Origin: Eledone cirrhosa
Lineage: Eukaryota
DNA length: 64,000 bases
Direction: 5' to 3'
NCBI GenBank assembly: GCA_964016885.1
Contig: OZ024744.1
Coordinates: forward strand, 36,084,001 to 36,148,000
The translations under genes were made by a program, and so were the position numbers. Positions 44,940 through 59,924 of this stretch are shown here, piece by piece. Numbering within the stretch: the first letter of the stretch is position 1; each line of letters begins with the position of its first letter. The notes beneath the pieces are model-generated. The model was not told where the DNA came from and did no database searches. It saw only the letters and a list, made by a program, of their open reading frames with translations.

Positions 44940-46870
44940 TCTCCCTTTCATGCCGCTAAAACTGGTGGTGGGTCTGCGACCTGTCCTGAGAGGCATGAGA
45001 TGGACGCACAAAGGCTGGGTATCACGAGACCCCAAAGAGGGAAGGGAGCAAACCTTAATAGTTGTAACCTGAAACATCACAACCCTTACATGTAAGGAGC
45101 AGAGACTAGTGGATGAGGCTAGATGCTAATAGCTAGATATAGCCGGAGTTTCCTTACCAAAGTTCTGTGACTCTGATACTGCAGATGTGAATGGAGGGTG
45201 GAAATTACATAGTCAGGTATGGCGCCAGAAATGACTGCACAGGTGGGAGTGGAAATACTCGCAAGCTCCCGGCTGACAGAATGTGTTATAGACTGGATCC
45301 CATTAGGAATGGGGGATTTGCCTCTTGAAGCTTAGGCTAAAAGATAGGCCTCTGTGGGTGGTACAAATTTATGTACCAAACAAGGAGACCGAATACAGAC
45401 CCTTCCTTGATGAAATCACTGCAGTTTTATACGTAGTTAAGACTGAGTCATATATCCTGTTGGGAGACTTCAATGCACATGTTGGCACAGTCCACCTGAC
45501 ATGGAAAGGACTGATTGGTGACCCAGATCTAAATACGAATGGAGAGGGATTACTAGACTTCTGTTCTAGCAATGGACTCTCTATTATGAACACCGTCTTC
45601 CAGGACAGAGAAATCCATAAATATACATGGTATAAGAGGAATCAGGGACAGAGATCAATAATTGATTTTGTTATTATCTGTGATGTCTTTGATTCTGTGC
45701 TTGATGTTCGTGTTAATAGATAGGCTGAGCTGTCAACTGATCCCCAACTAGTTATCTGCAACTTGAGACTACCTAAAACCAAAGCCGTCCAGAAAACTGA
45801 CAGGTCTAGGGCGAGCTACAAGATAAAGTGAGAAATATTGGTGGATAAGGAAGTCAGGACCAGGTATACAGATATTATTGCATCCAAATTCAGAGAACTT
45901 CCTGAGCAAACTGAGGACGTTGAGACAGAGTGGAGGTTGTTCAGTTCAGCAGTTTCTACTTCGGCTGTTAAATGCTGCGGGTGAAAAAGGCTTGGTGTGG
46001 TTCCGGGTGGCAGGAAGCCTCCTTGGTTCGAGCAAAGAAGGAGGCTTACAAAGCTCGGCTTGAAATAGGTCCTCCTCTTTGCACTAGCGGTACAAGCAGG
46101 CACGAAGAATTGCAGCAGAGACAGTAAAGGCGTCCAAAGTTAAAACATGGGAGGTCTTTGGGGTTAAGCTGGAATCCGACTTCAGCTCAGCAAATAAGGT
46201 GTTCTGGCAGACCATCCGCTGCCATCCACACCTGCTATCGAGAAAGTGCCTGGGGTTCTCCTCTCTTCAGGGAGGTGTGTGCTCGCGAGGTGGAGAGAAT
46301 ACTTTGCTGATCTCCTAAACCTGATCACAACAGCATCTTCGGATGTACACGAGGTGCATCTGGGAGCGGTGACTAATCTCTCAGAGGCTGAGGTCACAAG
46401 AGCAGTTGAAGAGCTCAAATATGGCAACGGCGCTGTGGAAGATGAAATCCTTGCCCGAGATGTTAAAAGAGATGGAATTCTCTGACTGACTCGTGTGTGC
46501 CGGGAGGCCGGGATCACTGGAAAGGAATCTAAACAATGGAAATTGGGAGTGATAATCCAAATTTTCAAAAAGGTAGACAGAAATTATTCCAATTACAGAA
46601 GGATCTCCTTATAAAGTCTATCAGGTAAAGCCAATGCCAAATGTCTGGCAAAGAGATGCAGGGAGATTGTCGAGAACAAGGCAGCTGATGAACAGTGTGG
46701 TTTTCGAACTGGATGCAGCCCAGCCGACTAAATATTCACACTGCGGCAGGTATTCGAGATATCGTGGGTGTATTGTCAATAAATTTATTCTTCTTTTGTC
46801 GACCTTGAGAAGGCATATGACCGCGTTGCTCGGGAGTTTCTGTGGAACGAATATGCGACCAGTCCTTTGA
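44940..46870 (+). mobile_element. RTE-clade LINE fragment (AP endonuclease + RT N-terminus)
   Basis: ILLGDFNAHVG, NGEGLLDFC, HKYTWY, SIIDFV, NYRRISL and FVDLEKAYDRV motifs; multiple stops and frameshifts. Confidence 0.85.
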
Positions 46871-47586
46871 GAAAACAACACCATACTTCGGGACTGGGGA
46901 TAAGAATTCAGAAATCTCCCAAGTTGGGGTCAGGGTACGCTGTATGCTCACTGAGAGAGAAGAACACCGAGCTGTTGTAACGGCATTCTTCTAAGAGAGG
47001 GAAAATCTAAAGTAAAACCCTCGATCTATGTCTTGTCAGCAGGATTTAGAGTGTGACACTCATTTTGTACCAGAGATTGTCACTATAATCCATGACGTAG
47101 AGATGTCTCTTTTTCAATATTTGTATCTGACTTTCTATCTCGCCAGCCAGTATAGGCCAGGACTCTGAATACTTAACACCATGCAGACATGGGGTTCATT
47201 GTTGTAGCTATTTGGATGTCACGAATTTGCACCAGTAAATACAGCCACCTTCGTAGTTTCGACACCCCAGGAGATCTTGATAGGCAGGTTCTCCAGATAT
47301 CTATGGTAATGTCTCTTACATCAGTACCTGGGGGTAGAGACTTCGTCTTGTATTTTGTTGCTGGATTGAAAGTTCACCTCCGTTCACTATGGGCAGGTGT
47401 AGACTTGAAGGAATGATTGAGTTAATGTTGAGTCTGCTATCATCAGACAATCTGATTATTACATATATATATATATATATAAGGAGTGAAACATATATTT
47501 ATCACTCTGTTTATACGTGTAAACACATTAATGCACACACATTCGTGCACACGTATACACACACACATACACACACACACACACAC

Positions 47587-47664
<78 letters not shown>

Positions 47665-48130
47665 AGCGAGCGAGGGAGAAAGAGAGAGAAGGAGAAAGAG
47701 GGAGAGGGAGAGAAAGAGAGAGAGAGAAATAGAGAGAGAGAAAGGGTGCGAGAGGAATGAGAAAGATCTTATGCATGTATCAATTTTCTATCATCCAATT
47801 TTGATACATATTCCCATAGATCATTTTTCGAAGATACAATTTAGATCAATAGAATCGCGGGAAGCTGTGTGTTTGATATTGGTATTGGGGACATAAGTGT
47901 TGCTACAGTATGATTCAATAAAGACCCGTTGCATAATTTTGACCATTCGTTGTAATGCAAGACTGCATTTTGCAAGCTTGTGAAAATTACAATTGATTGC
48001 GTTCATGTAGCCTCACATATGGTGGCAATATAGTTTTCATGGTGTCTTTAATTTTCTGTGAGGAAATTAGAATATTTCCTCTGATCTTAGCGAACTAAGA
48101 GAATTTATTCTATCAGGAATTGGTAATAAG

Positions 48131-48240
<110 letters not shown>

Positions 48241-48980
48241 GTACAAATGTGAGCAAAAATATATAATATAAAGTAAAATATATTAGAATAAAAAAAATAA
48301 TAAATAAAATAAAATGGTTTTATCGGATTTAGAGTTGGGAAAGGAATTGAACAGTGTAACTAGGAAATACATAGCTACATTGATAATATCAAATTATATT
48401 GATTTCTTTTGACCAGTCTCAACGACAATTTTATGCTGAAACCAGAGCTACAGTCAATTTATAACCGGAACTTGTTTTTATTCACCGGAAGATACTGAAC
48501 AGCTAATGTCATTTGTGATAAAATTTGAAATTAAATAGGTACAGTGATAAAACCAAGTGTGATTATGGTTATTAAACTAGCTAGAAATAGGAGTCAAATC
48601 CCACTTACGTCAAAACATAACCTACCGCCTTAGATGATATAGCACACATTAGATAAAGTAATTCTAAATACATTATTTTAGAGTCAAACCAGCCGACCTC
48701 TAAAAACTCAAAAGGGGAGTACAATGAAAAAATATGCCCCAAAAAGGAGAAAAATGACGCAAAATGGGAGATTTTACACGATGAAAGCTATGCCCATTTA
48801 AAGACATCTCTCATCCAGCCCAAAGTGGGTGGGAGATCTCCCCTGCCGGGCGGAGAGTGTTGACAGGTCGGCGAAGTGTATTTGTGTGGCGAGTGATTTG
48901 ATTTGAGACCATGAGTATATAAAACTAAACTATAACATCGTCTAAAATAACACAAAAACTGTTAACTTCACATTATATGA

Positions 48981-49162
48981 ATTGGCAGTATCGGTAGAGG
49001 GTCGGACGCTATGCTTTCCAGCATAGTTACGTCCCTTTACGGTCTGAGTTCAAATCCCGTCGAGGTTAACTTTGCCTTTCATCCTTACAGGGTCGATAAA
49101 ATAAAGTACTAGTTAATGTACTGGGGTAATTGCTGGCCTTGTGCCTAAAGTAGAAACAATTA
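48981..49162 (+). mobile_element. tRNA-derived SINE
   Basis: Same family as 22609-22785. Confidence 0.85.
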
Positions 49163-49329
49163 TATTTATCATTTCTTTCTTGGTGTAGACATTTTCGTCG
49201 TACCATAACTGGCCTGATCACTGTCACTTTCACTAGATTATATATTACAAGAACAAAAAAATACAGCATACATGTGATAACCTCAAACTAATCGTAGGTC
49301 TGTTCATCTGTGGCTCACCTGGAGCTAAC

Positions 49330-49391
49330 ATAGTAATAGTGTATTAGTAGTAGTGGCGGTGGTGGTAGTAGTAGTAGTAATAGTAGTTGTT

Positions 49392-49428
<37 letters not shown>

Positions 49429-49553
49429 GAGTAGGAGTAGTAGTTGTAATGGCAGTATCAGGAGTAGTGGTTGTAGTAGTAGTAGTAGTTCTAGTAGCAG
49501 CAGCAATTGTAGTCGTAGTAGAAGTAGTAGTAATAGTAGATGTAGTAGTAATG

Positions 49554-49605
<52 letters not shown>

Positions 49606-49687
49606 CAGCAGCAGTAGCAGCAATAGTAGTAGTAGCAGCAGCAATAGTAGTAGTAGTAACAGCAGCAGCAGCAACAGCAGCAGCAGC

Positions 49688-49718
<31 letters not shown>

Positions 49719-49825
49719 ATTGTAAGTAGTAGTAGTAGTAGCAGATTTAGAGATGTAGTGATGAGTTGTATTGCTACTGCAGACAACACTATAATAGTAA
49801 TATTATAGTAAATAGTTAGTAGCAT
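49330..49825. repeat. (AGT)n/(AGC)n compound microsatellite
   Basis: Directly visible. Confidence 0.95.
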
Positions 49826-50433
49826 GTGATGATCTCTATAGTGTTATGTTGATAGCTGCTGTGGTAGTAAAGGAGGAGCTGGCTTACCCTTTAGCATTTA
49901 AATTACTCTATATATAGTATTATATTTCCACGGTAAAGTCTTTACCTCACATGATAATCTCACATAATATCAAATCTATGAGATTTTAATATTATTTATG
50001 CTGAGGACAATGCCTTAACATCAGTATGAGTGACCAGTTATAGCTGGTTTGAACGGAAAGAGTTGAGAGAATTCTGGTCATATATGGCCGATTTAAGTGA
50101 TGTTGTGCTAGGAGAGATAGGCGACAAATTGACTGACACGGTAGAGCGTCGGGCAGAATACTTTACTTTAATCTGTTCTGACTTTCTACACTCTACTCTA
50201 AATTCAAATCTCACCCAGCGAAATCAAGTGCGTCTTTCAACCTTTCGGAGGTCGATAGATAAAGTACTGGACCAAGGAGTGTATGTGTGTATAGGTGTGT
50301 GGAGGTGAGGAGGTGAGGTGATGGAATTGTTAGAACGTTGAACGTGATGTCTTGCGGTATTTTCTTTATTTTGTTCGTTTACGTTTTGATAGCAACGCAC
50401 TAGTACCGACCAGTATCACTCTTTGCTTGTTTC

Positions 50434-52260
50434 TCATCATCATCATCATCCGGCAATCTCAGCCAAAATTGACTCAACTATTGATCTCCACATGAGTCTG
50501 TTGTTAATTGCCGTTGCCAAGTCCTGGGTTTCAATACCAGAATCTCCGGAGATGACATTGGGATAGGAGAGCTTGTGCCTCCTGTTATTAGTGACTGCTT
50601 GTGGTTTCCAAAGCACTAATGGTGACACAGCCTCATAGGTGGCACGATGGCAGTTGCCAGAAAATCTTACTCTCTTTTTACGTACAACGACAGATATGCG
50701 TGGGAGGCCGGCATATATCTCTCTCAAAGTCAGATGTCGCCAGCTTATGTTCTGAATGCGTTGAAGCAGGCGAGTGTAGGTGCCATCAAGGCGCTTTTGT
50801 TGTTTGGATGAAAGCGTCTATATTTCACTTCGATATAGCAAGATTGGTTGAATTGTTACTTGGAAGAGTCTGATTTTGGTGTGGTTGGAAAGATTTGAAC
50901 ACCGAACTTGATTCATCTTGTTGCAAGCTGACCATGCTTGGGCCTTTCTGGTGGTGAAATCCTTCTCAGGGTCCATGATCCAGGACCCAAGATACTTGAA
51001 ATCCTCGACTTGCTTGATATCACTGCCGTTGATTGCTTTGATTTTGCCTGTACAGTTTGATATGTACTCTGTTTTACCCTCGTTGAGATGAAGGCCAACG
51101 AGGGCGGTTACCTCCCGGAGAGATGTCAAACGTTGTTGCGCATTTTCTAGGCAATCTGCAAGAAGTGCAATGTCATCCGCAAGTTAAGGTCAGTGAGATA
51201 TTTAGAGGAGTGCCTAGAGCTCATGCGGGGTTTGATTGTTATACCTTTGTTATTGATTTAGTCAATTGAAAGTCTCAGGGCGTAGTCTAGTACAATGATA
51301 AAGAGGAATGGGGCAAACTCTGTTGGGCCATCAGGGGTGATGATAGTGGCACTTGTGTTGAGATACAGAGCCTTAATTGCTTCCACAAGTCTTACTGGGA
51401 TGCCATACAAGGGCAACATTTCAAACAGAATATCTCTGTTTATGCTGTCAAAAGCTTTTCTAAAGTCAACAAAAACTAGAGCCATTTGTCTGTTGGAGTT
51501 TCTCATCTCTTCCACTACTTACTTTTCTCAAGGCCAAAATCTGTGCACGTGTAGATCTACCACGCCTAAAACCGTTTTGGTTCATGCGAAGGATTGGATC
51601 AACATACGGAACTAGACGGTTGAGGATTAGCTTGTAGATCTTTGCAGCAATGGGCATAAGTGATATTCCCCGGTAGTTTTGGGGGGATTAGAGGATACAA
51701 TTTTGGGGGAGAGGAACTATGTCTGCTTTTAGCCAACTTGTTGGAGGAATTTTGTTGCTTCAGTTGCAGATTGATAATTAGACTGAAGTAAGGTTTGGAT
51801 CTTTCCAAATTATACTGGGTATGTTGACGAGACCGGGTGATTTTTTCGTTTTCAATTGTTTTGATCACCTGGTTGGTGTCATTCAAGGTGAAAAGTCCAG
51901 TGAAGATGTCGAGTTCAGGTGATAACACAGACTTTGGGAGATCGCCTTCTACAGGGGATGGTTTGCCCAGTAAACCCTTGAAGTGGTCAGTTCAGCTCTT
52001 TTTCCTAGCTTCTTCAGAGCCTTCTTTGATGATGGGTGAAAGCTTTTTTTCTTTTCTGCCAGTTATTTCGTTGATTAAAGCACATGCAGCTGCGTGCTGT
52101 TTGTTTATATGAAGGGTCTTAAGTTTGTTTATTTTTCCTTCTACATATTCTGAAAGAGCAGTTATGTGTGCCTCATCAAGGTCTTTTTTGCATTGGGTCA
52201 TTTCACTTTTCAGTAAACCAGTTGGATTTGAGTTGTTCTAATGAACCCCGATGATGGTAC
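50434..52260 (-). mobile_element. RTE-group LINE fragment with (GAT)n tail
   Basis: NQNGFRRGRST, FVDFRKAFDSI, APFLFIIVLDY, DFKYLGSWI and KIRLFQ motifs; (tca)n at 50434-50450. Confidence 0.85.
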
Positions 52261-52390
52261 GAAGTGAATAAACTCTCATGAGTAGAGCCATGGTCTCCCG
52301 AGATATAATGATTTCTAATTTAGACACAAGCCAGTAATTTGTTGGCAGGGGAAAGTCGACTATATCGATTCCAGGACTTAACTGCTACTT

Positions 52391-52591
52391 TACAAGGTTG
52401 AACTGAAAAGTTGATAGACTAATTATGAAGGAGCGGTGCTTGGGCTGTGAAATCTTACATGCATTAATTTCAACTCTTCTTATTAATAACTGCATTGTTT
52501 CTTTCGAGTGACAATGTTGAAAAATATACCTTGTTTGGTCATTCCATGAGAGTATTTTGATCAGTCTATGAACTTTCTGCCCTCACTCGTA
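52391..52591. mobile_element. Mariner-type MITE (copies also at 57211-57430 and 60162-60339)
   Basis: TIRs of the form TA-cgaggg..ctgaaaagttcatagactga / tcagtctatgaacttttcag..cctcg-TA, with a shared internal body. Confidence 0.7.
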
Positions 52592-52601
52592 GTTTATCAG
52601 C

Positions 52602-52936
52602 TCCGGCGGAAGGATGAAAGACAAAATTAACTTCAGCGGGATTTGAACTCAGAAAGTAAAGAGGCATTTTCCTTGGCACTATAAAGATTTTGCCAATCCA
52701 CGACCAACCTAGTAGATATAATGATTTCTACTATAGGCACAAGGCCAACAATTTAGGGGTAGGGGAAAGTCGATTAAATCGACTCCAGTGCATTACTGGT
52801 ACTTTATTTTATCGACCCCGTAAGGATGAAAGGCAAAGTTAACCTCGGAATGATTTGAACTCAGAACATAGATGGCCATAACTCTATGCTGCAAAACAAG
52901 GTGTCTGACGCTCTATCGATACTGCCAATCCACCGG
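52602..52936 (-). mobile_element. Two adjacent tRNA-derived SINE copies (one partial)
   Basis: ggatgaaaggcaaagttaacctcgg..gatttgaactcag-type core occurs twice. Confidence 0.75.
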
Positions 52937-53169
52937 ATCTGTTGATTACAGATGTGATTCAGTGTCTCGAGTAGAGAGGGAGCGGAGAAAGGAATTGCCG
53001 TGCTGCGTGGCTATGATGTTGATGCTCATAACTTTAATGGTTCAATAGTCACTGGAAATGTGTAGCCAGAAATTTGGCGAGACTTACTTCGTAGTAGTAG
53101 CTTTGTGCTTGAGCCTTTGACAAAATACTGAACTATCATTGAAGTATTAAACTGGCGTTTGTAATGGAT

Positions 53170-53243
<74 letters not shown>

Positions 53244-53393
53244 ACGTTATTGTTGTTACTGTTGTCTTTGTTGTTGTTGTAGCAGTAGTAGCAACAGCAG
53301 CAGCGGTAGCAGTAGCATTAGTAGTAGTAGTAGTTGTAGTAGTAGTGGTAGTAGTAGCAGCAATAGTAGTAGCAGCAGTAGTAGTAGTAATAA

Positions 53394-53435
<42 letters not shown>

Positions 53436-53441
53436 CAATAA

Positions 53442-53503
<62 letters not shown>

Positions 53504-53526
53504 ATAGCAGCAGCAACAGCAGCAGC
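53170..53526. repeat. (AGT)n/(AGC)n microsatellite
   Basis: Directly visible. Confidence 0.95.
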
Positions 53527-54231
53527 TTAGCACCAGGCCAGCCATGATTGAGAAAATTTATAATGAAAGGCATTTCAGCCATTTTCTTTTCTTTTCTATT
53601 GTCATCAGACCCCATAAATGTAAAAAAACTGCCATCTTAGTTGGGAAGTTGAGATTTAATATCACGGTAGTTGGAGCGTCAGATATAATGCTCCACAGTA
53701 TGTGTTTTGGTTCTCTGCACTCCGAATTCAAATCCTGCTGAGGTGATGTTACTTTTTCGTCCTTTTAGGTTCGATGAATAAAGTAGCAGTCCAGCCCAGA
53801 CCAGACTAGACCAGGCCAGAGCGGAGGATTTTTGTAATTATTTACACGTTGGGACAAAGTTTTTAGCAGTATCTGTTCCGTTCCTTTGCGTTTTGATAGC
53901 AACACCTGTGAAATCACTGTTGCTAAGCTGTATCAGATCTTAGCTTTCTTTTCAATAACATTGGTTGCATAGAGAGTAGAGATTTGGAATGTATGGTCTT
54001 CCATTAAAAGACATGAGTCTGGAGAGGAAAGTTATAGGTATAGATCTATTGTCTCACGAGACGCACAGAGTTCCCGGCCAAAAGGTGTCAGGGTGATAAC
54101 ATTTATAAATGCGGGTGGTTTTAGTATTTTAGCTGTGATAGCTGTAGAGAGGTTGTCGTTGTTTTGTTCAGCCATAGTTTAACATTGATTAAACAGACTT
54201 ATGGTTTTACCAGTGTTTAATTACTTTAACA

Positions 54232-54566
54232 ATTTTTGGTCTGAAAAGATCTCCAGTGGTGATATGCTAGGTAGATGCCAACAGGAGAATGTGTCAGTAA
54301 TCCTTCTCGGAATAAGATGGAAGTGGATAGGGCATGTCCTCAGAAGAGAGCAAGATAGCATCACAAGAACAGCCCTAGATACCAGAAGGCAAGTGAAAAC
54401 AAGGAAGGCCAAAGAACACCTAGTGCAGAATAGTTGAGGGAGAGATGAAGGCCTGGCAACAGACATGGGGAACCTTCCAGAAGCTGGTCGAAGACTGACA
54501 GAAGTGGAGGACCTTCGCAGCTACCCTACATGCCAGTGGACATAACAGGCAGCTGAAGTAGTAGTA
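54232..54566 (+). mobile_element. RTE-like LINE 3' end
   Basis: FWSEKIS and RWKWIGHVLRREQDSITRTAL motifs. Confidence 0.65.
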
Positions 54567-56154
54567 ATATTGTTCAATAACCAATTTTTAAATTCTTTAA
54601 GAGATATGAAATAGCAGCTAAAATTCTCTTAAATAACACCTCACCAACTTGAAAAATGAATAACACATTCAACAAGGTAGTCGTAAATATATCCTACCAC
54701 AACGCATAAGGTGTGGATGACCCGTAGCCAAACACCCTTGATATATAAAGTCTGCTCACCCCAAGCAGCATTACTTGGGCTAAACACAGTCAGATATATA
54801 TTTGTCTAGAGACTTGAAAGAAAGAATGAAAATATTGTTTGCCGCATTTTGAATACAACATAAGAGAAGAAAATATATAATAGTCGACAGTAACACTATT
54901 AATTAATTACGAAAGGTACATTTGTCAGTTATTACTGCAATGATGATGGATCCTTCATCTGTTTCGACTATGGGTAGTGCATTGTGTCCATGAACAAGAC
55001 ATTTTATTTTACGTTGTTCCAGTCGACTCAGCTGAAAAACAAAACTAAGAAACAAAGCGAGTGCCAGGAGCATTAGCAGCTGGAGATTAACCCTTGAACG
55101 ACATGCATCTCTTCTATGAGGAAAGTCATCCACTTGTAAGCTGTATCAGTTCTTGCCTTTCCTTTGGGCAACATCGGTGGCAGAGTGAGGCGCAGGTCAA
55201 GCATGTATAGGGGAGAGCTAGTCTGCCACAAAACTCCCTGTCCAGGATGGTGCCTCGAAGAGGAAATTTCCACGTGAAAACACATGGTTAGCAATGTCTC
55301 TATTAGAAACGATTGTTGTTACGGATTTTAGAATGTTAGATGAAATAGATTGTTCATAGTGTCGCGCTACTCACTGCTATCTTGTGATTCTTCATTTCTA
55401 GGAGAGGTACATTATATCTCATCTTCCATTGAATCCTCTCAGATATTTGGTTGGTGCTTAAACTATCATAGTTTTTTGGTGTTCACTACACAATGATAAC
55501 GCGTCCTTTTCTTCTCACCGGCTTGGAGAGGCTTCGAAATTGTTGTGAGCACCGCCCCGACTTCTGTAACAAATCTAAGTTCAAGTGTGACTCAATCTCA
55601 GGTTAATCAGACAGGAACTTATTTTAGCTTTGAGAGTGACTGTTTCCTTTTTTTGGACTGTACTCCATTTCATCACATGGTTAATCCCATCAGCTGCAGC
55701 GGGTAGTCATTATTTAGCTGAGAGTAGGAGTGGAACAACATGAAATGATGTGCAATGCTCAAGAACTAAGAACTCAGTCAGAAATTGTAAGCCACGATTA
55801 TACGATCGAGAGTTCAACACCGTGACCACTAGATTGCTTATCGGTCGGACTAAACTATAACAATATATAGAAAAAGGCCCCAGTAATATGGAAGCAATAA
55901 TTCAATCGGCTATACAATATTCTTTTCAACTATGTTGAATCTGAATGTAAACTGCATCGATCTCACTAGTCTTAAATGATCAGCTAAGGTCATGGGCACT
56001 ATCCCACTTCCTACTAATTCATAACATGAACATTAAAAAAAGCATGCAAATATTTCTATTTAAAAATATAAACATTATAACTTGGGTATACAAAGACACG
56101 CTTGGCCCACGTCCAATTGAATGAAACAACTATTCAAGCTTTTACAAAATAAGG

Positions 56155-56187
<33 letters not shown>

Positions 56188-56188
56188 T

Positions 56189-56225
<37 letters not shown>

Positions 56226-56344
56226 GATGAGATTCTACAGGACTAGAACTCCTGTAGAATCTCATCTATATTAAAACTTTTATACTCTGCAATGTATTGA
56301 GTACCTTACTTACTGTGGTTACCTCCGATTCAACCCGGAATAAC

Positions 56345-56397
<53 letters not shown>

Positions 56398-56423
56398 TAT
56401 ACATATATATATATATATATTTA

Positions 56424-56468
<45 letters not shown>

Positions 56469-57011
56469 GTATATATATATGTATGTATATATGTATGTGT
56501 GTGCGTAGGTGTGTGTGTATGTACGTGTGTATGTGTGTGTGTGTGTGTATATATGAATGTGTATGTATATATATTCACAACGCTATAATGTGCAACTACA
56601 TAGTCTTGTAAGTTTAATTAAATCACGTCTGAGGTCGCTATCCTATTTAAGCTTAACAGTATTGAAACTATGCTATATTCTATCAATTTATAATATGGGT
56701 TGTATGTAAATGTGTATATCGATTATATTACTAATTTGGCACATGTATCTAATTTCTTTAGCTTCTAAGCATTACATGATTTACTATTAATAAACTAGTA
56801 TCTGTGTACCGTTTAATAATAGTATATAGGCTGTGATCACCGTTGTGAAGATACTATTGATTTGGTTTCGTTTTCGATTGAAGTCTGTTACATGTTACGT
56901 TACTTATACCAATTATGACTGGAAGTTAGGCAACTATGTCGTATAATCTAATTTTAATTCTCATATAAATGAGAGGAGTTACATACAAAATATTGTTTCG
57001 ATTTTTTAGTA

Positions 57012-57156
57012 ATAGGCCAGCAATTACTCCAGTGTATTACTGGTACTTTATTTTATCGACTCCGTACGGATGAAAGGCAAATAATAATGACGGGATTTGA
57101 CTCTCAGCAAAGCATGGCGTCTGGTCCTCTACCGATACTGCCAAACCACCGCCCTA
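57012..57156 (-). mobile_element. tRNA-derived SINE (internally deleted)
   Basis: Core and head match the family. Confidence 0.75.
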
Positions 57157-57427
57157 CATACAAAATATTGTTAAATAGTATTATACGATTACCGTGCAAT
57201 GTTTCGTGTATATAAAGGTCAGCTGAAATGTTCATAGCGTGACTATAAAGGAGTGATGCTAGAGCTGTGAAATATTGCATGCATTAATTTCAACTCTCCT
57301 TGTTAATAACTGTATTGTTTCTTTCCAGAGACCATGTTGAAAAATGAACCTCATTTTGTTATTCCATGACTGTATCTTGGTCAGCCTATGGACTTCTTTC
57401 AGTCTATGAATTTTTCAGTCAACCCTC

Positions 57428-57516
<89 letters not shown>

Positions 57517-57789
57517 AAATTATAAGAAATGAAAGGAGCTGTGTGGTTACTGTAAACAAATTTTAAGATGGTAGTAAGGACGAAACAAGAGAAAAAAAGA
57601 AATCCTACATCAGCTGTAAAACCGAGATCAAGATGTTTCGGCGCTTAATACAGGACATCTAAAAGTGATCAGCGGCGCGCCCAAGGACTTTTCTCAATCT
57701 AAATGCCAGGAGGGAAAGAAAAGAAAAAAGAAGAAAAAAAGGGAAAAGGTAGCAAGGAGAGAGGATGGAAGAGAAAAAACAGGTGAACA

Positions 57790-59924
57790 GACCAGATAGT
57801 GGGGGGACACAGCCATACCTATAACCAACGCCACAGTGGCCCAACTAGCGTAAAATATAGAAGAGATAGTAGTGCCACTATCTACGGCCCGCATCCGCAT
57901 CATAACTATAAAGCTAGCGGGACGGGGGTACTACCACACCCACACCCTCATAGTCCGGCTAAAAGTAACAACTACAGCTTACTTGAATTATTTCCCGCTT
58001 ACAGGCTTAATAAAGATAATGGGTTATTACCTACACCTTCTAACCCGCCTAGAGTAACTCGGAACCGCCGCACTGGGAGAGTCTCTGCACTCAGGCATAA
58101 TTTCAACAAAGCATACATTATACAGCAGCCATATAGCCCTGATAGGTACACTCACCTAGGCAATAACGCCCATAGTAACCCCAGAACTACGCGTAACCGC
58201 CACCGTAATATCCTATGGTTCAATCCCCCCTACTCTCGGAGTGTGGCCTCCAATTTACCCAGAATCCTTTTCGACGCCTTAGAGAAGAACTTTCCACCTA
58301 ACCACAGATACAGAAAAATCCTCAATAATAATAACGTAACAATCTCCCATTCTACTGCACCTAATCTAGTCGACCTCATAGCAATAAGTAACCACAACAA
58401 GCTTACTAGTATACAGCATCTTAGTAATGAGAATTTTAGGAAATATGACAACTCAGTTAACCTTAGCAATTCTCTCGCGCCGCATGATAACGATGGTAGT
58501 AACCAGCATAGGTATCTTAGTGTTAGCAGCGGTTTACATAATAGCACCACATTAGAAACTAACTGCTGCACCAGTAGTGAGACTGACGACAGGGTTAGTA
58601 ACCTTAACGGCTCTAACAACGGCTGTAGAAGACGCTATAACATGAGATGTGTGTGTATGGCACCACTTCGCGTGTTTATAGCTATAATAATGCCTACTAC
58701 AATAATAGTAGCTATTGTGATGGTGATAATAATAATATTACGATTAATACCAGCACTCACCACCTTAGAGGTGACCGTAATAAACATTGCAATTGTCGTA
58801 ACCCCGAAAACTATCCACTCCAAAGTTACTGCCTCACTAAAAACGTTATCTATAGATGTACGGTTACTAGTCATAATAGTGTTAAGTCTTACATAGGAGC
58901 TACCTCTGGGGCGTTCAAGACCAGATTTCGAGCACATCTCCACTCTTTTAGGAATAAGAAGCGTAGATACTCTACCCCCTTCGTTAACTATATCACCCAG
59001 TTAAATGACTCGAACATTAACTTCACCACTCATTGGGAAATTGTGAACCAAGCAACACCATACAGTTTAAAAAAAAAACTGCCAACTCTTCCTAATGGAA
59101 CTATACTATATAGTGCAAGCACTCCATGACCCCATAAATAGTCGGGCTGAAACTGTCATCAATTGCGGCCATCGACTACAACAATATTTCCATAGATGGA
59201 CCCCAACAACCACATAACCGCCATAACACCCGAGGCTCTCAATACCACACTCTGGCCCGACTTACGAGCGGTGGACTTACCATTAAACAACTTGGAACAA
59301 CACCATAATCCACCCTCTCTTCTCCCTTCAGGAAGCTGCACTGCATATATTCAGCTGGGCTTACCTCGCTATACAGATCTTTGGGTAGTTTTACAGAACC
59401 GCTAAGCAACTTCTTAGACAACTGATCATATAAAAATACAAATTCTATCTAAAGTGACTTTACTTTTCTAGGGCTTCAAACTCACACTGAACTTGTCACT
59501 TTGCACTAGTTAAACCTGTGTATAGTCTTTAATGATTTTACTAATAATTCATACTCATACTCACACCTTAACACCGCCTCATTACATTGAGTCGACTAAT
59601 CCTACTTATGTTAACTCCCTTTAAACAAAAAACAAAAAAACTCTTACTATGCCGGTAGCGGTCATTAGTTTGACAAGTAACATTACACCAGCACCGGTAA
59701 TTACCTCCTTTAGCATACTAATATCTCCCCACCATTTTTCTATACTTAACAACGTATATGTAATATGCATTCTGATGTTAAAGTATTATTCTACCCGTAT
59801 AGGGTATTTAATTAAAAGCTTTGCCTTAGTATCTGCCTCAGACGAGCCCCATTGGGCGAAACATGTGTAAGAGCTTTATAAAGATATGTTTTAATGGCTT
59901 GTAACACTTTTATTAATCATTTTG

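Noticed and set aside
45325-45723. Host exonuclease/endonuclease/phosphatase gene
   Set aside because: It is the AP endonuclease of a decayed RTE LINE, followed by RT motifs.
48981-49065. tRNA gene
   Set aside because: A/B boxes are present but belong to the SINE head, with no proper cloverleaf.
49315-53615. Poly-L/T/V/S/Y ORFs resembling mucins or membrane proteins
   Set aside because: Products of (AGT)n/(AGC)n tracts with no flanking gene structure.
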